Positions 23,631-32,918 of a DNA stretch of 64,000 nucleotides are shown here, one piece after another. The position numbers and the translations under genes were made by a program. The DNA is from Rhodospirillales bacterium (GTDB lineage: Bacteria; Pseudomonadota; Alphaproteobacteria; Kiloniellales; JAKSDN01): contig CBDDCC010000013.1 in assembly GCA_965225935.1 (NCBI GenBank), positions 517,100-581,099 on the forward strand. Direction: 5' to 3'. The number at the start of each line of letters is the position of its first letter. The stretch's first letter is position 1. The notes beneath the pieces are model-generated. The model was not told where the DNA came from and searched no databases. It saw nothing but the letters and a program-made list of their open reading frames with translations.

Positions 23631-24015
23631 GTAAAACCAGCTCTCGAAAACAGGAAGCAATAATAAAAACGGTTAAGAAAATCGGGTGCTGACAGCACGG
23701 GAAATCGTGCTAACTGCCAAACCCTATTTATACAATGCCTAGCCGCCCAAATCCAGCGCTATGGTGTTAAAGGTCAGGGTAAAGATCGCCCGCGAGGCGG
23801 CACATGCACGGGCCCGCCGCAGGAGATTCGACGCCCCATCAGGGCGACGCGCAGCCCCGGCCTGGGATCTCCCGATCGAAGACCTGCCCGGCAGGCCTCG
23901 AACGAGGAGCGGGAGCCATGGTACGAGCGAGGCCCCCGGCCCGCAGCAGGCAATTGCAATGGCAGTGCCGTTCATTGTAGCCATTCCGACCGCTTGAGTT
24001 TGGAGGAGACGCAGC

Positions 24016-24408
24016 ATGGATCGATTCACCGGCGGTTGCCTGTGCGGCAGCGTCCGATATGTCGCGTCCGGACTCCCATACCGGGTCGGCCTTTGTCACT
24101 GTCTCGACTGCCGCAAGCACCATGGGACCCTTTTTCACGCGTCCGCCGTGTTCCCTGAGGATGCGGTGACGATCGAAGGCGAGACACGCGACTATGCCGG
24201 GCGGCACTTCTGTCCCAACTGCGGCTCCTCCGTTTTCGGACGCAGCGGGGACGAGATCGAAGTGAACCTGGGATCCCTCGACGCCCCCGACCAACTGAAA
24301 CCAACCTACGAGCTCTGGACCATCCGCCGCGAGTCCTGGTTGCCGCCGTTTCCGCTCGCGAGGCGATACGATCGCGATCGTGACGCCACGGGTCGCTCCG
24401 AGGAGTAG
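24016..24408 (+). CDS. GFA/CENP-V family protein
   Basis: GGCLCG, CHCLDCRK and FCPNCGS motifs; GGAGG RBS. Confidence 0.9.
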   Translation: MDRFTGGCLCGSVRYVASGLPYRVGLCHCLDCRKHHGTLFHASAVFPEDAVTIEGETRDYAGRHFCPNCGSSVFGRSGDEIEVNLGSLDAPDQLKPTYELWTIRRESWLPPFPLARRYDRDRDATGRSEE

Positions 24409-24549
24409 CTCGCACGAAGGGCGCGAAGGCGGGGACGCTGTAGGAGACCAGCCAGCCGATCTCAACCGCGCACCAGCCAGTTCGGACCAGGTTCCCGGCG
24501 ACCATGCCCAAGTAGGTGCGCGGCCCCGCTCCCCGCCGGCCGCCGGGTC

Positions 24550-25251
24550 CTACAACAGCCCCGCAGACTTGAAGCTGGTCTGACCGGACTTGCCGATCAC
24601 CACGTGGTCGTGCACGGCGATGCCGAGCTTCTCGCCGGCGGCGACGATCTCGTTGGTCATCTCGATGTCGGCCTTCGAGGGCGTCGGGTCGCCCGAGGGG
24701 TGGTTGTGCACCAGGATGAGGGCGGTGGCGCCCAGCTCGAGGGCCCGGCGTACCACCTCGCGCGGGTAGACGGGCGTATGGTCGACGGTGCCGCGCTGCT
24801 GGGTCTCGTCGGCGATCAGCCGGTTCTGCCGGTCGAGGAACAGCAGGTGGAAACGCTCCACCCGCTCATGGCCGAGGGCGATGCGGCAGTAGTCGAGCAG
24901 CTTCTGCCAGGAGGACAGCACCGGCTGGTCCATGACCTGCTCGCGGGCGAGGCGCCGGGCGGCCTCGGGCACGATCTTGAGGGCGGCCGCCGAGGCTTGG
25001 CCCATGCCCGTCACCGTGGCGAGGTCCGAGGGCTCGGCGGCGAGCACGGCCGAGAGGCTGCCGAAGCGCGCCATCAGTGCCTTGGCCAGCGGCTTCACGT
25101 CGGCGCGCGGCTTGGCGCCGAACAGCAGCAGCTCGAGGATCTCGTAGTCGGCGAGCGCGTCGCCGCCCTTCTCGAGCAGGCGCCGGCGCAGGCGCTCCCG
25201 GTGGCCGTGGTAGTGGGGCTTCGCCGGCGGCGGCTTCTTTGAGGCGCTCAT
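24550..25251 (-). CDS. radC: RadC family JAB-domain protein
   Basis: GHRERLR, YPREVV and [13 protein letters not shown] motifs. Confidence 0.95.
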   Translation of the reverse strand: MSASKKPPPAKPHYHGHRERLRRRLLEKGGDALADYEILELLLFGAKPRADVKPLAKALMARFGSLSAVLAAEPSDLATVTGMGQASAAALKIVPEAARRLAREQVMDQPVLSSWQKLLDYCRIALGHERVERFHLLFLDRQNRLIADETQQRGTVDHTPVYPREVVRRALELGATALILVHNHPSGDPTPSKADIEMTNEIVAAGEKLGIAVHDHVVIGKSGQTSFKSAGLL

Positions 25252-25287
25252 GGCGGCCCGAAACCTGCCGCGCGGCCCATGTGTGGC

Positions 25288-26124
25288 TCAGGCCTCGTAG
25301 GGCGGGCTGTACCAGCCCTTGGGCGACTGGGTGAAGACCTCGACGCCGTCGGCGGTGACGCCCACCGAGTGCTCGAACTGGGCCGAGAGCGAGCGGTCGC
25401 GAGTGACCGCGGTCCAGCCGTCCTCCAGGATCTTCACCTGGAAGCGCCCGGCGTTGATCATCGGCTCGATGGTGAAGAACATGCCCTCGCGCAGCACCAC
25501 GCCGTCGCCGGGCTCGCCGAAGTGCAGCACGCTGGGGGCGTCGTGGAACACCCGCCCCAGGCCGTGGCCGCAGAAGTCGCGCACCACCGAGAAGCCCTGG
25601 GCCTCGGCGTGAACCTGGATGGCGTGGCCCACGTCGCCCAGGGTGGCGCCCGGGCGGACCTGGTCGATGCCCTTCCACATGGCCTCGAAGGTGGTCTCCA
25701 CCAGGCGCTTGGCCCGCACCTTGGGCGTGCCGGCGTAGTACATGCGGCTGGTGTCGCCGTGCCAGCCGTCCAGGATCACGGTCACGTCGATGTTGAGGAT
25801 GTCCCCGTCGGCGAGACGCTTGCGCTCGTTCGGGATGCCGTGGCAGACCACGTGGTTCACCGAGGTGCAGATCGACTTGGGGAAGCCCCGGTAGTCGAGG
25901 GGCGCCGGGATCGCGCCGCGCTTGACGATGAAGTCGTGGCAGAGGCGGTCGAGCTCCTCAGTGCTGACCCCGGGCTGGACGAAGGGCGTGATGTAGTCGA
26001 GCGTCTCCGCCGCCAGGCGCCCGGCCGCCCGCATGGCGGTGAAGTCCTCGGCGCTGTGGATCGTGATGCGGCGCTCTTCCGCGCTCATGCGCATGGCGGC
26101 CTCGCCCGAACCCGTGCCTGTCAT
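25288..26124 (-). CDS. map: Type I methionine aminopeptidase
   Basis: SICTSVNHVVCHGIP, GDTSRM, CGHGLG..FH, TIEPMIN and AQFEH motifs; the start could be 26094 or 26088. Confidence 0.95.
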   Translation of the reverse strand: MTGTGSGEAAMRMSAEERRITIHSAEDFTAMRAAGRLAAETLDYITPFVQPGVSTEELDRLCHDFIVKRGAIPAPLDYRGFPKSICTSVNHVVCHGIPNERKRLADGDILNIDVTVILDGWHGDTSRMYYAGTPKVRAKRLVETTFEAMWKGIDQVRPGATLGDVGHAIQVHAEAQGFSVVRDFCGHGLGRVFHDAPSVLHFGEPGDGVVLREGMFFTIEPMINAGRFQVKILEDGWTAVTRDRSLSAQFEHSVGVTADGVEVFTQSPKGWYSPPYEA

Positions 26125-26148
26125 CGCGTCTCTCGTGATTTCCGCCGC

Positions 26149-26868
26149 TCAGCCGCCGAGCGGCAGAGGCCGGTCCAATTCAATGGCCTCAGGCCCGACT
26201 TTGCAACCATAGCAGATGGCCTCGACGCCGCGCGAGCGGGCGTCGGCGAAGGCCCGGTCGTAGGCCGGGTCGATGTCGGCGGCGATCGCCAGGCGGGCGC
26301 AGTCGCTCCGCTGCACCAGGTAGAGCATGACCGCACGCGCGCCCTGCTCGGCCATGGCGGCCAGCTCCGCCAGATGCTTGGCGCCGCGCGCGGTGACCGC
26401 GTCGGGAAACTCCGCCGCCGCGCCGTTGGCCCCTCCCGCGCCGGGACGGCTCAGGGTGACGCTCTTGATCTCCACGTAGCAGGCCGGACGGCTGTCGGAC
26501 TCCAGCAAGAGGTCGATGCGGCTGTTCTTGCCGTAGCGCACCTCGCGCCTCAGTCCGTCGTAGCCGGTGAGCTCCGGGATCTGGCCGGCGCGCCAGGCCT
26601 CCGCCACGATGGCGTTGGCCCAGCCGGTGTTGATGCCGACCAGAGAGGGGCCGGCGTCCACCAGCTCCCAGGTGTAGGCCAGCTTGCGCGCCGGATTGCG
26701 GCTGGGCGAGAGCCAGACCGCCATGCCCGGCTCGGCCAGGCCCATCATGGAGCCGGGATTCGGGCAGTGGGCGGTCACCCGCTCACCGTCTTGTAGTTCG
26801 ACATCCGACAGGAAACGCTTGTATCGTTTCAGCAAGCGGCCGGCGATCAGGGGTTCTGCGAATCGCAT
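26149..26868 (-). CDS. sfsA: DNA/RNA nuclease SfsA
   Basis: RYKRFL.D, HCPNPGSM, SRIDLL, EIKSVTL and FPDAVT.RG.KHL motifs. Confidence 0.94.
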   Translation of the reverse strand: MRFAEPLIAGRLLKRYKRFLSDVELQDGERVTAHCPNPGSMMGLAEPGMAVWLSPSRNPARKLAYTWELVDAGPSLVGINTGWANAIVAEAWRAGQIPELTGYDGLRREVRYGKNSRIDLLLESDSRPACYVEIKSVTLSRPGAGGANGAAAEFPDAVTARGAKHLAELAAMAEQGARAVMLYLVQRSDCARLAIAADIDPAYDRAFADARSRGVEAICYGCKVGPEAIELDRPLPLGG

Positions 26869-26988
26869 GAGGTCTTGGTACCCTCGGGCGGGATCGCGAT
26901 CAACCGGCGGCCCCGGACTTGAGATGTCGCGCGCCCAACCCTAAGTGAGGTCGGAAGCCGGCGCCTGCGAAACAAGGGACGACCGAAG

Positions 26989-27504
26989 ATGAAGGTTGTT
27001 TTCGTCGCCGTACTGGCGCTCGGCCTCTTTCTGGTGGCCGCCTGTTCACCCCGTCCGGAGCGCTCCGAGCTGCCCGGCGGCGAGGCGCTGCCGCCGCCAG
27101 ATCCGACGGCGGGACCTCTTGCGGCGCCGTCCGGCGAACCTGCGGCGGCCAGCTCCGGCGCGAGCCTGGAGAGCGCCGGCCCGGTCGTCGAGACCATCAG
27201 GCCGGACCCGACGGCCTCGGCCGGTCCGGCGGCCATCGCGATCCCAGACGCCAGGGGCTGGACCAATCCGGAGGTTCCCCTGAACCAGCGCCAGATCGAC
27301 ATCGCCGCCTGCTACGAATCCGCCGCCGCCCAGATCGCCCGGGAGACCCAGATCGACGACGACCGCTACGATTCGCGCAACGACCGCAGCGAACTCTGGC
27401 AGCTGGACAGGATATCCCAGCGGCTCGATTACTACAGCGAGGACCGGCGCCGCGGCACCCTCTTCGAGAGCTGCATGCGGGCCAAGGGCTACGTGAAGAG
27501 CTGA
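26989..27504 (+). CDS. Hypothetical lipoprotein
   Basis: Lipobox LVAAC, Pro/Ala linker, C-terminal D..AC ... CM.AKGY domain. Confidence 0.7.
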   Translation: MKVVFVAVLALGLFLVAACSPRPERSELPGGEALPPPDPTAGPLAAPSGEPAAASSGASLESAGPVVETIRPDPTASAGPAAIAIPDARGWTNPEVPLNQRQIDIAACYESAAAQIARETQIDDDRYDSRNDRSELWQLDRISQRLDYYSEDRRRGTLFESCMRAKGYVKS

Positions 27505-27567
27505 ACGGGAAGCGGGGGCGCGCTTGATCGGGTCGAGGCATCGGGGCCCGCGCGGCGGCGGAGCGGC

Positions 27568-28320
27568 GTGAGCGCGACCGTCAGTGCCGCGCTGCTGATC
27601 ATCGGCAACGAGATTCTCAGCGGCCAGACCCGCGACGCCAACCTGGCGTTTCTCGGCGAGCGGCTGAACGCGGTCGGGGTGCGCCTGCTGGAAGCGCGGG
27701 TCGTCCCGGACGACGAGAGTGTCATCGTGGCCTCGGTGAACGCGCTGCGCCGCGGCTACGACTACCTCTTCACCACAGGCGGCATCGGCCCCACCCACGA
27801 CGACATCACCGCGGCCTCGGTCGCCAAGGCCTTCGGCGTGCCGCTGATCCTCAATCCCGAGGCGAAGCGGATCTTGGAGGGCTACTACAAACAGGGCGAG
27901 CTGAACGAGGCCCGTCTCCGCATGGCCCACACGCCCGAGGGCGCGAGCTTGGTCGAGAACCCGATCAGCGGCGCCCCCGGTTTCCAGATGGAGAACGTCT
28001 TCGTCCTGGCCGGCATCCCGGCGGTCATGCAGGTCATGTTCGAAAGCCTCAGCCACCGGCTGACCGGCGGCCGGCCGCTGGTCTCGGAGACCGTGGTCGC
28101 CTACCTGCCCGAAGGGCGGATGGCCGAGGGCCTGGGCGCCATCCAGTCCGCCAGCCCCGACGTGGAGATCGGCAGCTATCCCTTCCACCGGGAGGGCCGC
28201 TACGGCGCACGATTGGTGATCCGCGCGACCGAGCCGGCGCGTCTGTCCGCCGTCCGCAGCGAGGTCGAGGCCCTGGTGTGCGCCCTCGGCGCCGAGCCCG
28301 GGAAGACCCTTGATGGGTAA
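27568..28320 (+). CDS. CinA-like molybdopterin-binding domain protein
   Basis: IIGNEILSG.T.DAN, TTGGIGPTHDDIT and IGSYP motifs. Confidence 0.9.
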   Translation: MSATVSAALLIIGNEILSGQTRDANLAFLGERLNAVGVRLLEARVVPDDESVIVASVNALRRGYDYLFTTGGIGPTHDDITAASVAKAFGVPLILNPEAKRILEGYYKQGELNEARLRMAHTPEGASLVENPISGAPGFQMENVFVLAGIPAVMQVMFESLSHRLTGGRPLVSETVVAYLPEGRMAEGLGAIQSASPDVEIGSYPFHREGRYGARLVIRATEPARLSAVRSEVEALVCALGAEPGKTLDG

Positions 28321-28335
28321 AGGAAGGCCGGCCGG

Positions 28336-30192
28336 TTAAGGCGTCATGCCGAGGTCACGGAGACGCCGGCCGGCCCATTCGTGGCTGCGCGAGGCGGCCT
28401 TGCGGTACCAGCTCACGGCCTGGTCCAGATCCCGCTCGACGCCCCAGCCGTTCTCGTACATCTGCCCGATGTTGAACTCGGCGTAGCCGTAGTCCCGGTC
28501 GGCGGCCAGCTGGAACCAGTAGAGCGCCTGGCCATAGTCCTGCGGCACGCCGCGGCCCTGGCGGTAGAGATAGCCCAGGTCGTTCATGCCGTTGAGATGA
28601 CCCTGCTCGGCGGCGCGGCGGTGCCACAGAGCCGCCTGCATCAGATCGGGCTCGCTGCCCTCGCCGCGCTCAAGCATCCAGCCGAGGCGGTTCTGGGCGC
28701 CCGCATGGCCGCGCTTGGCCGCTCGCAGGTAGATGCGGAAGGCGAGTCGCAGGTCCTTCGGCTCGCCCCGCCGGTAGATGCGCTCGGCCTTCTGGAAGAG
28801 GTCCTCCGGCTGGACCGTGAGGCCCGACACCAGCCGCTCGATCAGCCCGCTTTCCTGAGGCGCCGCGCCGGGCTCGGCCGGTTCAGCGGCCGTCTCCGCA
28901 GCCTCGTCGAGCGGGTCGGTCAGCTCCAGGACGTCCTCAGGCTCTTCGGGCGTCTCGGCGGCAGTTGGCGCTGGCGCGGCAGACCTCTCCTCCCGGGGCG
29001 GCGGTGCGGGTGGTTCGGCGGCCGGCGGGGACGGGGAAGCGGCGGCTTCCGACGCAGGCTCGGACGGGCCCGCCCCTGCTATCGGAGGTGCCGGCGCTGG
29101 CTGGGGCTCCGCTGGGGCGGGCTCTGCCTGGGGCTCCGCCGGATCCTGTGGCAGGGCCTCGTGGTCGCGGTTGGAGACCAGGCTGAGCATGGCCGCCCGG
29201 GCCGCCGACTGGGACCTGGGCGCCGTGCCGTTAAGGCCGGTCGCCACCAGCGAGACGCGGATCCGGCCGGACCGGCCGGTGTCGAGGGCGGAGCCGAAGA
29301 TAAGCTCGGCCGAGGGGTCGATCCGCTCGCTGATGTGGGCGACAGCCTGTTCGACCTCGTGCAGGGTCAGGTCCTCGCCGCCCGTCACGTTGATCAGCAG
29401 GGCGCGCACCTGGTCGAGCGGCAGCCCTTCCAGCAGCGGATTGCCGACCGCCGCGGCGGCCGCCTCGATCGCCCGGTTCTCGCCCTCCGCCTCGCCGGCG
29501 CCCATCAGGGCCCGGCCCATATCTTCGATCACCACGCGCACGTCGGCGAAGTCCAGGTTGATGAGGCCCGGCAGCAGGATCAGGTCGCTGACCGAGCGCA
29601 CGCCGTCCTGCAGCACCCGGTCGGCCAGGGCGAAGGCCTCGCCCAGGCTGGTCCGCCGGTCGACCACCCGGAACAGGTTCTGGTTGGGAATGACCAGCAG
29701 GGTGTCCGAGTAGCGCTGCAGCTCCTGCAGCCCGGTCTCGGCCGTGCGCATGCGCTTGGGGCCCTCGAAGTCGAAGGGCTTGGTCGCCACGGAGATGGCG
29801 AGGAGGCCCGCCTCGCGCGCGGCTCGGGCGATCACCGGCGCGCCGCCGGTCCCGGTGCCGCCACCCATGCCGGCGGTGATGAAGACCAGGTTGAAGTCCT
29901 CGAGGGCGTCCAGCAGATCCTCCAGCACCTCCTCGGCGGCCATGCGGCCGACCTCGGGCTGGGAGCCGGCGCCCAGGCCGCCCGTGGTGTTGCGGCCGAG
30001 CTGGATGCGGTTCTCGCAGGGCGAGCCGGCGAGCGCCTGGACGTCGGTGTTGGCGACGATGAACTCGACGCCCTCGAGCCCGGCCCGGATCATGGCGTTG
30101 ACGGCGTTGGTGCCCGCGCCGCCGACGCCCAGGACCGCGATTCGGGGCCGCTGGCCGTCCGCAGACTCGCCCGCCGTCAGCTTGAGCACCAT
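28336..30192 (-). CDS. ftsZ: FtsZ paralog with Pro/Glu linker and C-terminal Sel1 repeats
   Basis: GVGGAG.NA, NTD.QAL, GLGAG, AGMGGGTGTG, PFDFEG, T7 loop NLDFADV and RVSLVATG; ends in about 3.5 Sel1 repeats with no IPAFLR-type peptide. Confidence 0.9.
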   Translation of the reverse strand: MVLKLTAGESADGQRPRIAVLGVGGAGTNAVNAMIRAGLEGVEFIVANTDVQALAGSPCENRIQLGRNTTGGLGAGSQPEVGRMAAEEVLEDLLDALEDFNLVFITAGMGGGTGTGGAPVIARAAREAGLLAISVATKPFDFEGPKRMRTAETGLQELQRYSDTLLVIPNQNLFRVVDRRTSLGEAFALADRVLQDGVRSVSDLILLPGLINLDFADVRVVIEDMGRALMGAGEAEGENRAIEAAAAAVGNPLLEGLPLDQVRALLINVTGGEDLTLHEVEQAVAHISERIDPSAELIFGSALDTGRSGRIRVSLVATGLNGTAPRSQSAARAAMLSLVSNRDHEALPQDPAEPQAEPAPAEPQPAPAPPIAGAGPSEPASEAAASPSPPAAEPPAPPPREERSAAPAPTAAETPEEPEDVLELTDPLDEAAETAAEPAEPGAAPQESGLIERLVSGLTVQPEDLFQKAERIYRRGEPKDLRLAFRIYLRAAKRGHAGAQNRLGWMLERGEGSEPDLMQAALWHRRAAEQGHLNGMNDLGYLYRQGRGVPQDYGQALYWFQLAADRDYGYAEFNIGQMYENGWGVERDLDQAVSWYRKAASRSHEWAGRRLRDLGMTP

Positions 30193-30320
30193 GGATAGGT
30201 TCCCCTGCGACTCGCGTCGGTCCGGCGCTGGCGGCCCCGACCGACTCGAAGAAGAAGGAACCTTAGTGGGGAAGGGAATCGCCCGCAACCAAGTTAAGCT
30301 CCGGTTCTATTCGTCCCGGA

Positions 30321-30335
30321 TTAATGGTTTGTTAA
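30321..30335. promoter_or_regulatory. CtrA box TTAA-N7-TTAA upstream of the ftsZ paralog
   Basis: TTAA tggtttg TTAA, about 130 bp upstream of the start, in otherwise GC-rich DNA. Confidence 0.65.
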
Positions 30336-30565
30336 GGACTCGTCGGAGCAGGACTGGTCCTTGATTACGGCGATGCTCTAACATTAGGTGCGAGTCCTTG
30401 AGGGCCGTCGCTGCTGACGATGCCATTAGTCCTCTGAAACCACTTTGGCGCTAGAGCCATCGGCCGTTGACAAGCTCCGGTCGCTGAAGTCTTGTGGGGA
30501 AAGAGACCCGGACGGCATTCGGGAGCGGGCGTGACGGGAGGCTCCGCGAAGATGGAACCGGGCGC

Positions 30566-31702
30566 GTGAAAGCGTGCTTCAAAGGTGAAGCGGACAAGCG
30601 GTTCGCCGGCGTGCGGGACGCCTTCGCCCAGAACCTGACCGAGGGACTGGACCAGGGCGCGGCCTTCGCGGTGGTGGCCGACGGACGGGTCGTGGTCGAC
30701 CTCTGGGGCGGCTACGCCGACGCTATGGGCGAACGGCCCTGGACCCGGGGCACCTTGGTCAACATCTGGTCGACCACCAAGGGCGTGGTGGCTCTCGCGC
30801 TCGCCATGCTGGTCGAGCGGGGCGTGCTCGACTACGAGGCGCCGGTGGCGCGGGTCTGGCCGGAGTTCGCGGCGGGCGGCAAGGGCGAGGTCAGCCTGGG
30901 CTGTCTGCTGTCCCACCAGGCCGGCCTGCTCGGCTGCCTCGAGCCGGTGAGCATGGAGGACCTGCTGGCCTGGCGGCCCTTCGTCGACCGACTGGCCGCC
31001 ATGGAGCCGCTCTGGCCGCCGGGCGAGGACTGCGCCTACCACGCGGTCAGCTTCGGCCATCTGGCGGGAGAGGTGCTGCGCCGGGCGGATGGCCGATCGA
31101 TCGGCCGCTTCGTGGCGGAGGAGATTGCCGGGCCGTTCGGCGCCGAGCTCTACCTCGGCCTGCCCCTTTCGGAAGACGCGCGTACTGCCGAGATCATCGC
31201 CGGCCCCGGCTCCGACGACGACCTGATCGAGGCCGAAGGCCGGCCGTTCGCCGAGCTCAGCTATCTCAATCCGCGGATCGACCCGCGCGTGCCCAACTAC
31301 CGGGCCTGGCGTGCCGCCGAGGTGCCATCGGCGAACGGACAGGGGGACGCGCTCGGCCTGGCCCGCCTTTTCGGCGCCCTGGCGGGCGACGGCAGGCTCG
31401 ACGGCAAGCGGCTTGTCGCCCCGGAGACCATCGCGGCCGCGACCGCCGAGCGCTACCGCGGCTACGAACTCTCCTTCGGCTGGCCGATCGCCTTCGGCGC
31501 CGGCTTCATGCTGAACGAGGTGGAGGAGCTCGGTCCCGGGCCAAGGGCCTTCGGGCACAGCGGCTGGGGCGGCTCCTACGCCTTTGCCGATCCGGACGCC
31601 GGCATCGGCGTCGCTTACGTGATGAACCAGATGCTCGGCTTCGGCAACGACTACGATCCGCGCCAGCTGCGCCTGCTGGGGGCGCTCTACGACGCCTTGT
31701 GA
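30566..31702 (+). CDS. Serine hydrolase, beta-lactamase class C / EstA-like
   Basis: S-x-x-K (WSTTK), LSHQAGL, AYH and FGHSGWGGS motifs. Confidence 0.88.
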   Translation: MKACFKGEADKRFAGVRDAFAQNLTEGLDQGAAFAVVADGRVVVDLWGGYADAMGERPWTRGTLVNIWSTTKGVVALALAMLVERGVLDYEAPVARVWPEFAAGGKGEVSLGCLLSHQAGLLGCLEPVSMEDLLAWRPFVDRLAAMEPLWPPGEDCAYHAVSFGHLAGEVLRRADGRSIGRFVAEEIAGPFGAELYLGLPLSEDARTAEIIAGPGSDDDLIEAEGRPFAELSYLNPRIDPRVPNYRAWRAAEVPSANGQGDALGLARLFGALAGDGRLDGKRLVAPETIAAATAERYRGYELSFGWPIAFGAGFMLNEVEELGPGPRAFGHSGWGGSYAFADPDAGIGVAYVMNQMLGFGNDYDPRQLRLLGALYDAL

Positions 31703-31739
31703 CGCGGACTGACCTTCCCGTTTCTGAGCCGGGGCGGGA

Positions 31740-32333
31740 TCAGTCCTCGCCCGCCGCCGGCCCGGCGAGGCTCTCGGCCTCCTCGGCCAAGTGGTGGCGG
31801 CGCATCAGCGGGGTCTGGGACAGCGCGAAGAGGAGGGTCAGGCCGAGGATGCCGAAGACCTTGAAGGTGACCCAGAAGTCGGTGCTCTGGGTGCGCCAGA
31901 CTGCCTCGTTGAGGCCCGCCATGGCGAGGAAGAAGATCCCAAAGCGGAAGGTCAGCTTGCGCCAGCCCTGATCGTCCATGGACCAGGCCGCGCCCATCAG
32001 GGGCTTCAGGAGCGGCCGCCCGGCGGCGAGGCCCCCCAGCAGCACGACGGCGAAGAGCACCTGGACGATGGTCGGCTTCATCTTGATGAAGGTCTCGTCC
32101 TGGAGCGCCAGGGTGAGCCCGCCGAAGACCGCCACCACGCCGGCGGTGATCAGCGGCATCAGCGGCACCCGCCGGGCGATCGCCAGCGACAGGGCGAGGG
32201 CGACGGCGGTGGCGGCCATCAGCGCGCCCGTCGCCCACAGCAGGTCGGAGAGGACGTAGGCGGCGAAGAAGACGGCGATCGGACCGTAGTCGCTTGCCGG
32301 CTTCAGCCAGGCGGGTTCGGGGCGCGCGCTCAT
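31740..32333 (-). CDS. yciB: Intracellular septation protein A (YciB/IspZ)
   Basis: DYGP..VFF, FGGLTL..D.TFIKMKPT, LNE.VWR and WV.FKVFG motifs. Confidence 0.92.
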   Translation of the reverse strand: MSARPEPAWLKPASDYGPIAVFFAAYVLSDLLWATGALMAATAVALALSLAIARRVPLMPLITAGVVAVFGGLTLALQDETFIKMKPTIVQVLFAVVLLGGLAAGRPLLKPLMGAAWSMDDQGWRKLTFRFGIFFLAMAGLNEAVWRTQSTDFWVTFKVFGILGLTLLFALSQTPLMRRHHLAEEAESLAGPAAGED

Positions 32334-32442
32334 GGACCGCGACCCTAGCGCGCCCCTGGCTCACAAAGCAACGCGGGTGGTGGAGCGAGGCTATTTGAGA
32401 TCTGATAGGACAGCCGGCATCCAAGCAACTGTGAGCCTCGAT

Positions 32443-32733
32443 TCATTCCAGCCCGCGCTTCTCATTGCGCTCTGCCTTGGGCCTTCCCACCCAGTCCCAG
32501 AATCTTTGGAGCAGTTTGCTGTACCCATACAAAGCAAGGCAAAACAGCACGCCGACAATCGGGACTATATAGGCCCCCGGAACCTCTCTCATTTCGACGC
32601 CGAGACTCAGCGTTCCCAAGTAAAAGACAAGAAACGCGGTGCCAATGGACAGGAAAGCTCCGACTGTAAGGTCGAACAGACACCCCGCAACGAGATCTAT
32701 AGCTGCCTCTGACTTCCGTTTGGCCTTCTTCAT
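32443..32733 (-). CDS. Small hypothetical membrane protein in a low-GC patch
   Basis: Two hydrophobic segments; atypical composition. Confidence 0.45.
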   Translation of the reverse strand: MKKAKRKSEAAIDLVAGCLFDLTVGAFLSIGTAFLVFYLGTLSLGVEMREVPGAYIVPIVGVLFCLALYGYSKLLQRFWDWVGRPKAERNEKRGLE

Positions 32734-32918
32734 GACGCCGGTCAGACTGTGTGAACAACGCATCCTGGCATTTGGTGTAGGGATGCTTGTCATGCAAGAA
32801 CTTCCATCAGTGAGTGTGTCTGTGCTTTCGCTTGCGGCGGCCGGGTGAACTCGACCGTGACAGCGGGGCGCCGCCGGTCTATCAGGTGACGATTGCTCAG
32901 ACGCGGGCGAGGGGGACG

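Noticed and set aside
23654-23680. CtrA box upstream of the Zn-ribbon ORF
   Set aside because: Only one TTAAC half-site is present; the second half does not match.
23686-23714. TTAGCAC-containing palindrome as a CIRCE element
   Set aside because: Arm sequence and spacing do not fit TTAGCACTC-N9-GAGTGCTAA, and no chaperone gene is adjacent.
24550-25251. radC as a marker of a mobile or anti-restriction element
   Set aside because: It is the full-length chromosomal form in the usual radC-map-sfsA neighbourhood.
30566-31702. Beta-lactamase resistance gene
   Set aside because: The motifs fit the broad esterase/serine-hydrolase group and there is no signal peptide.
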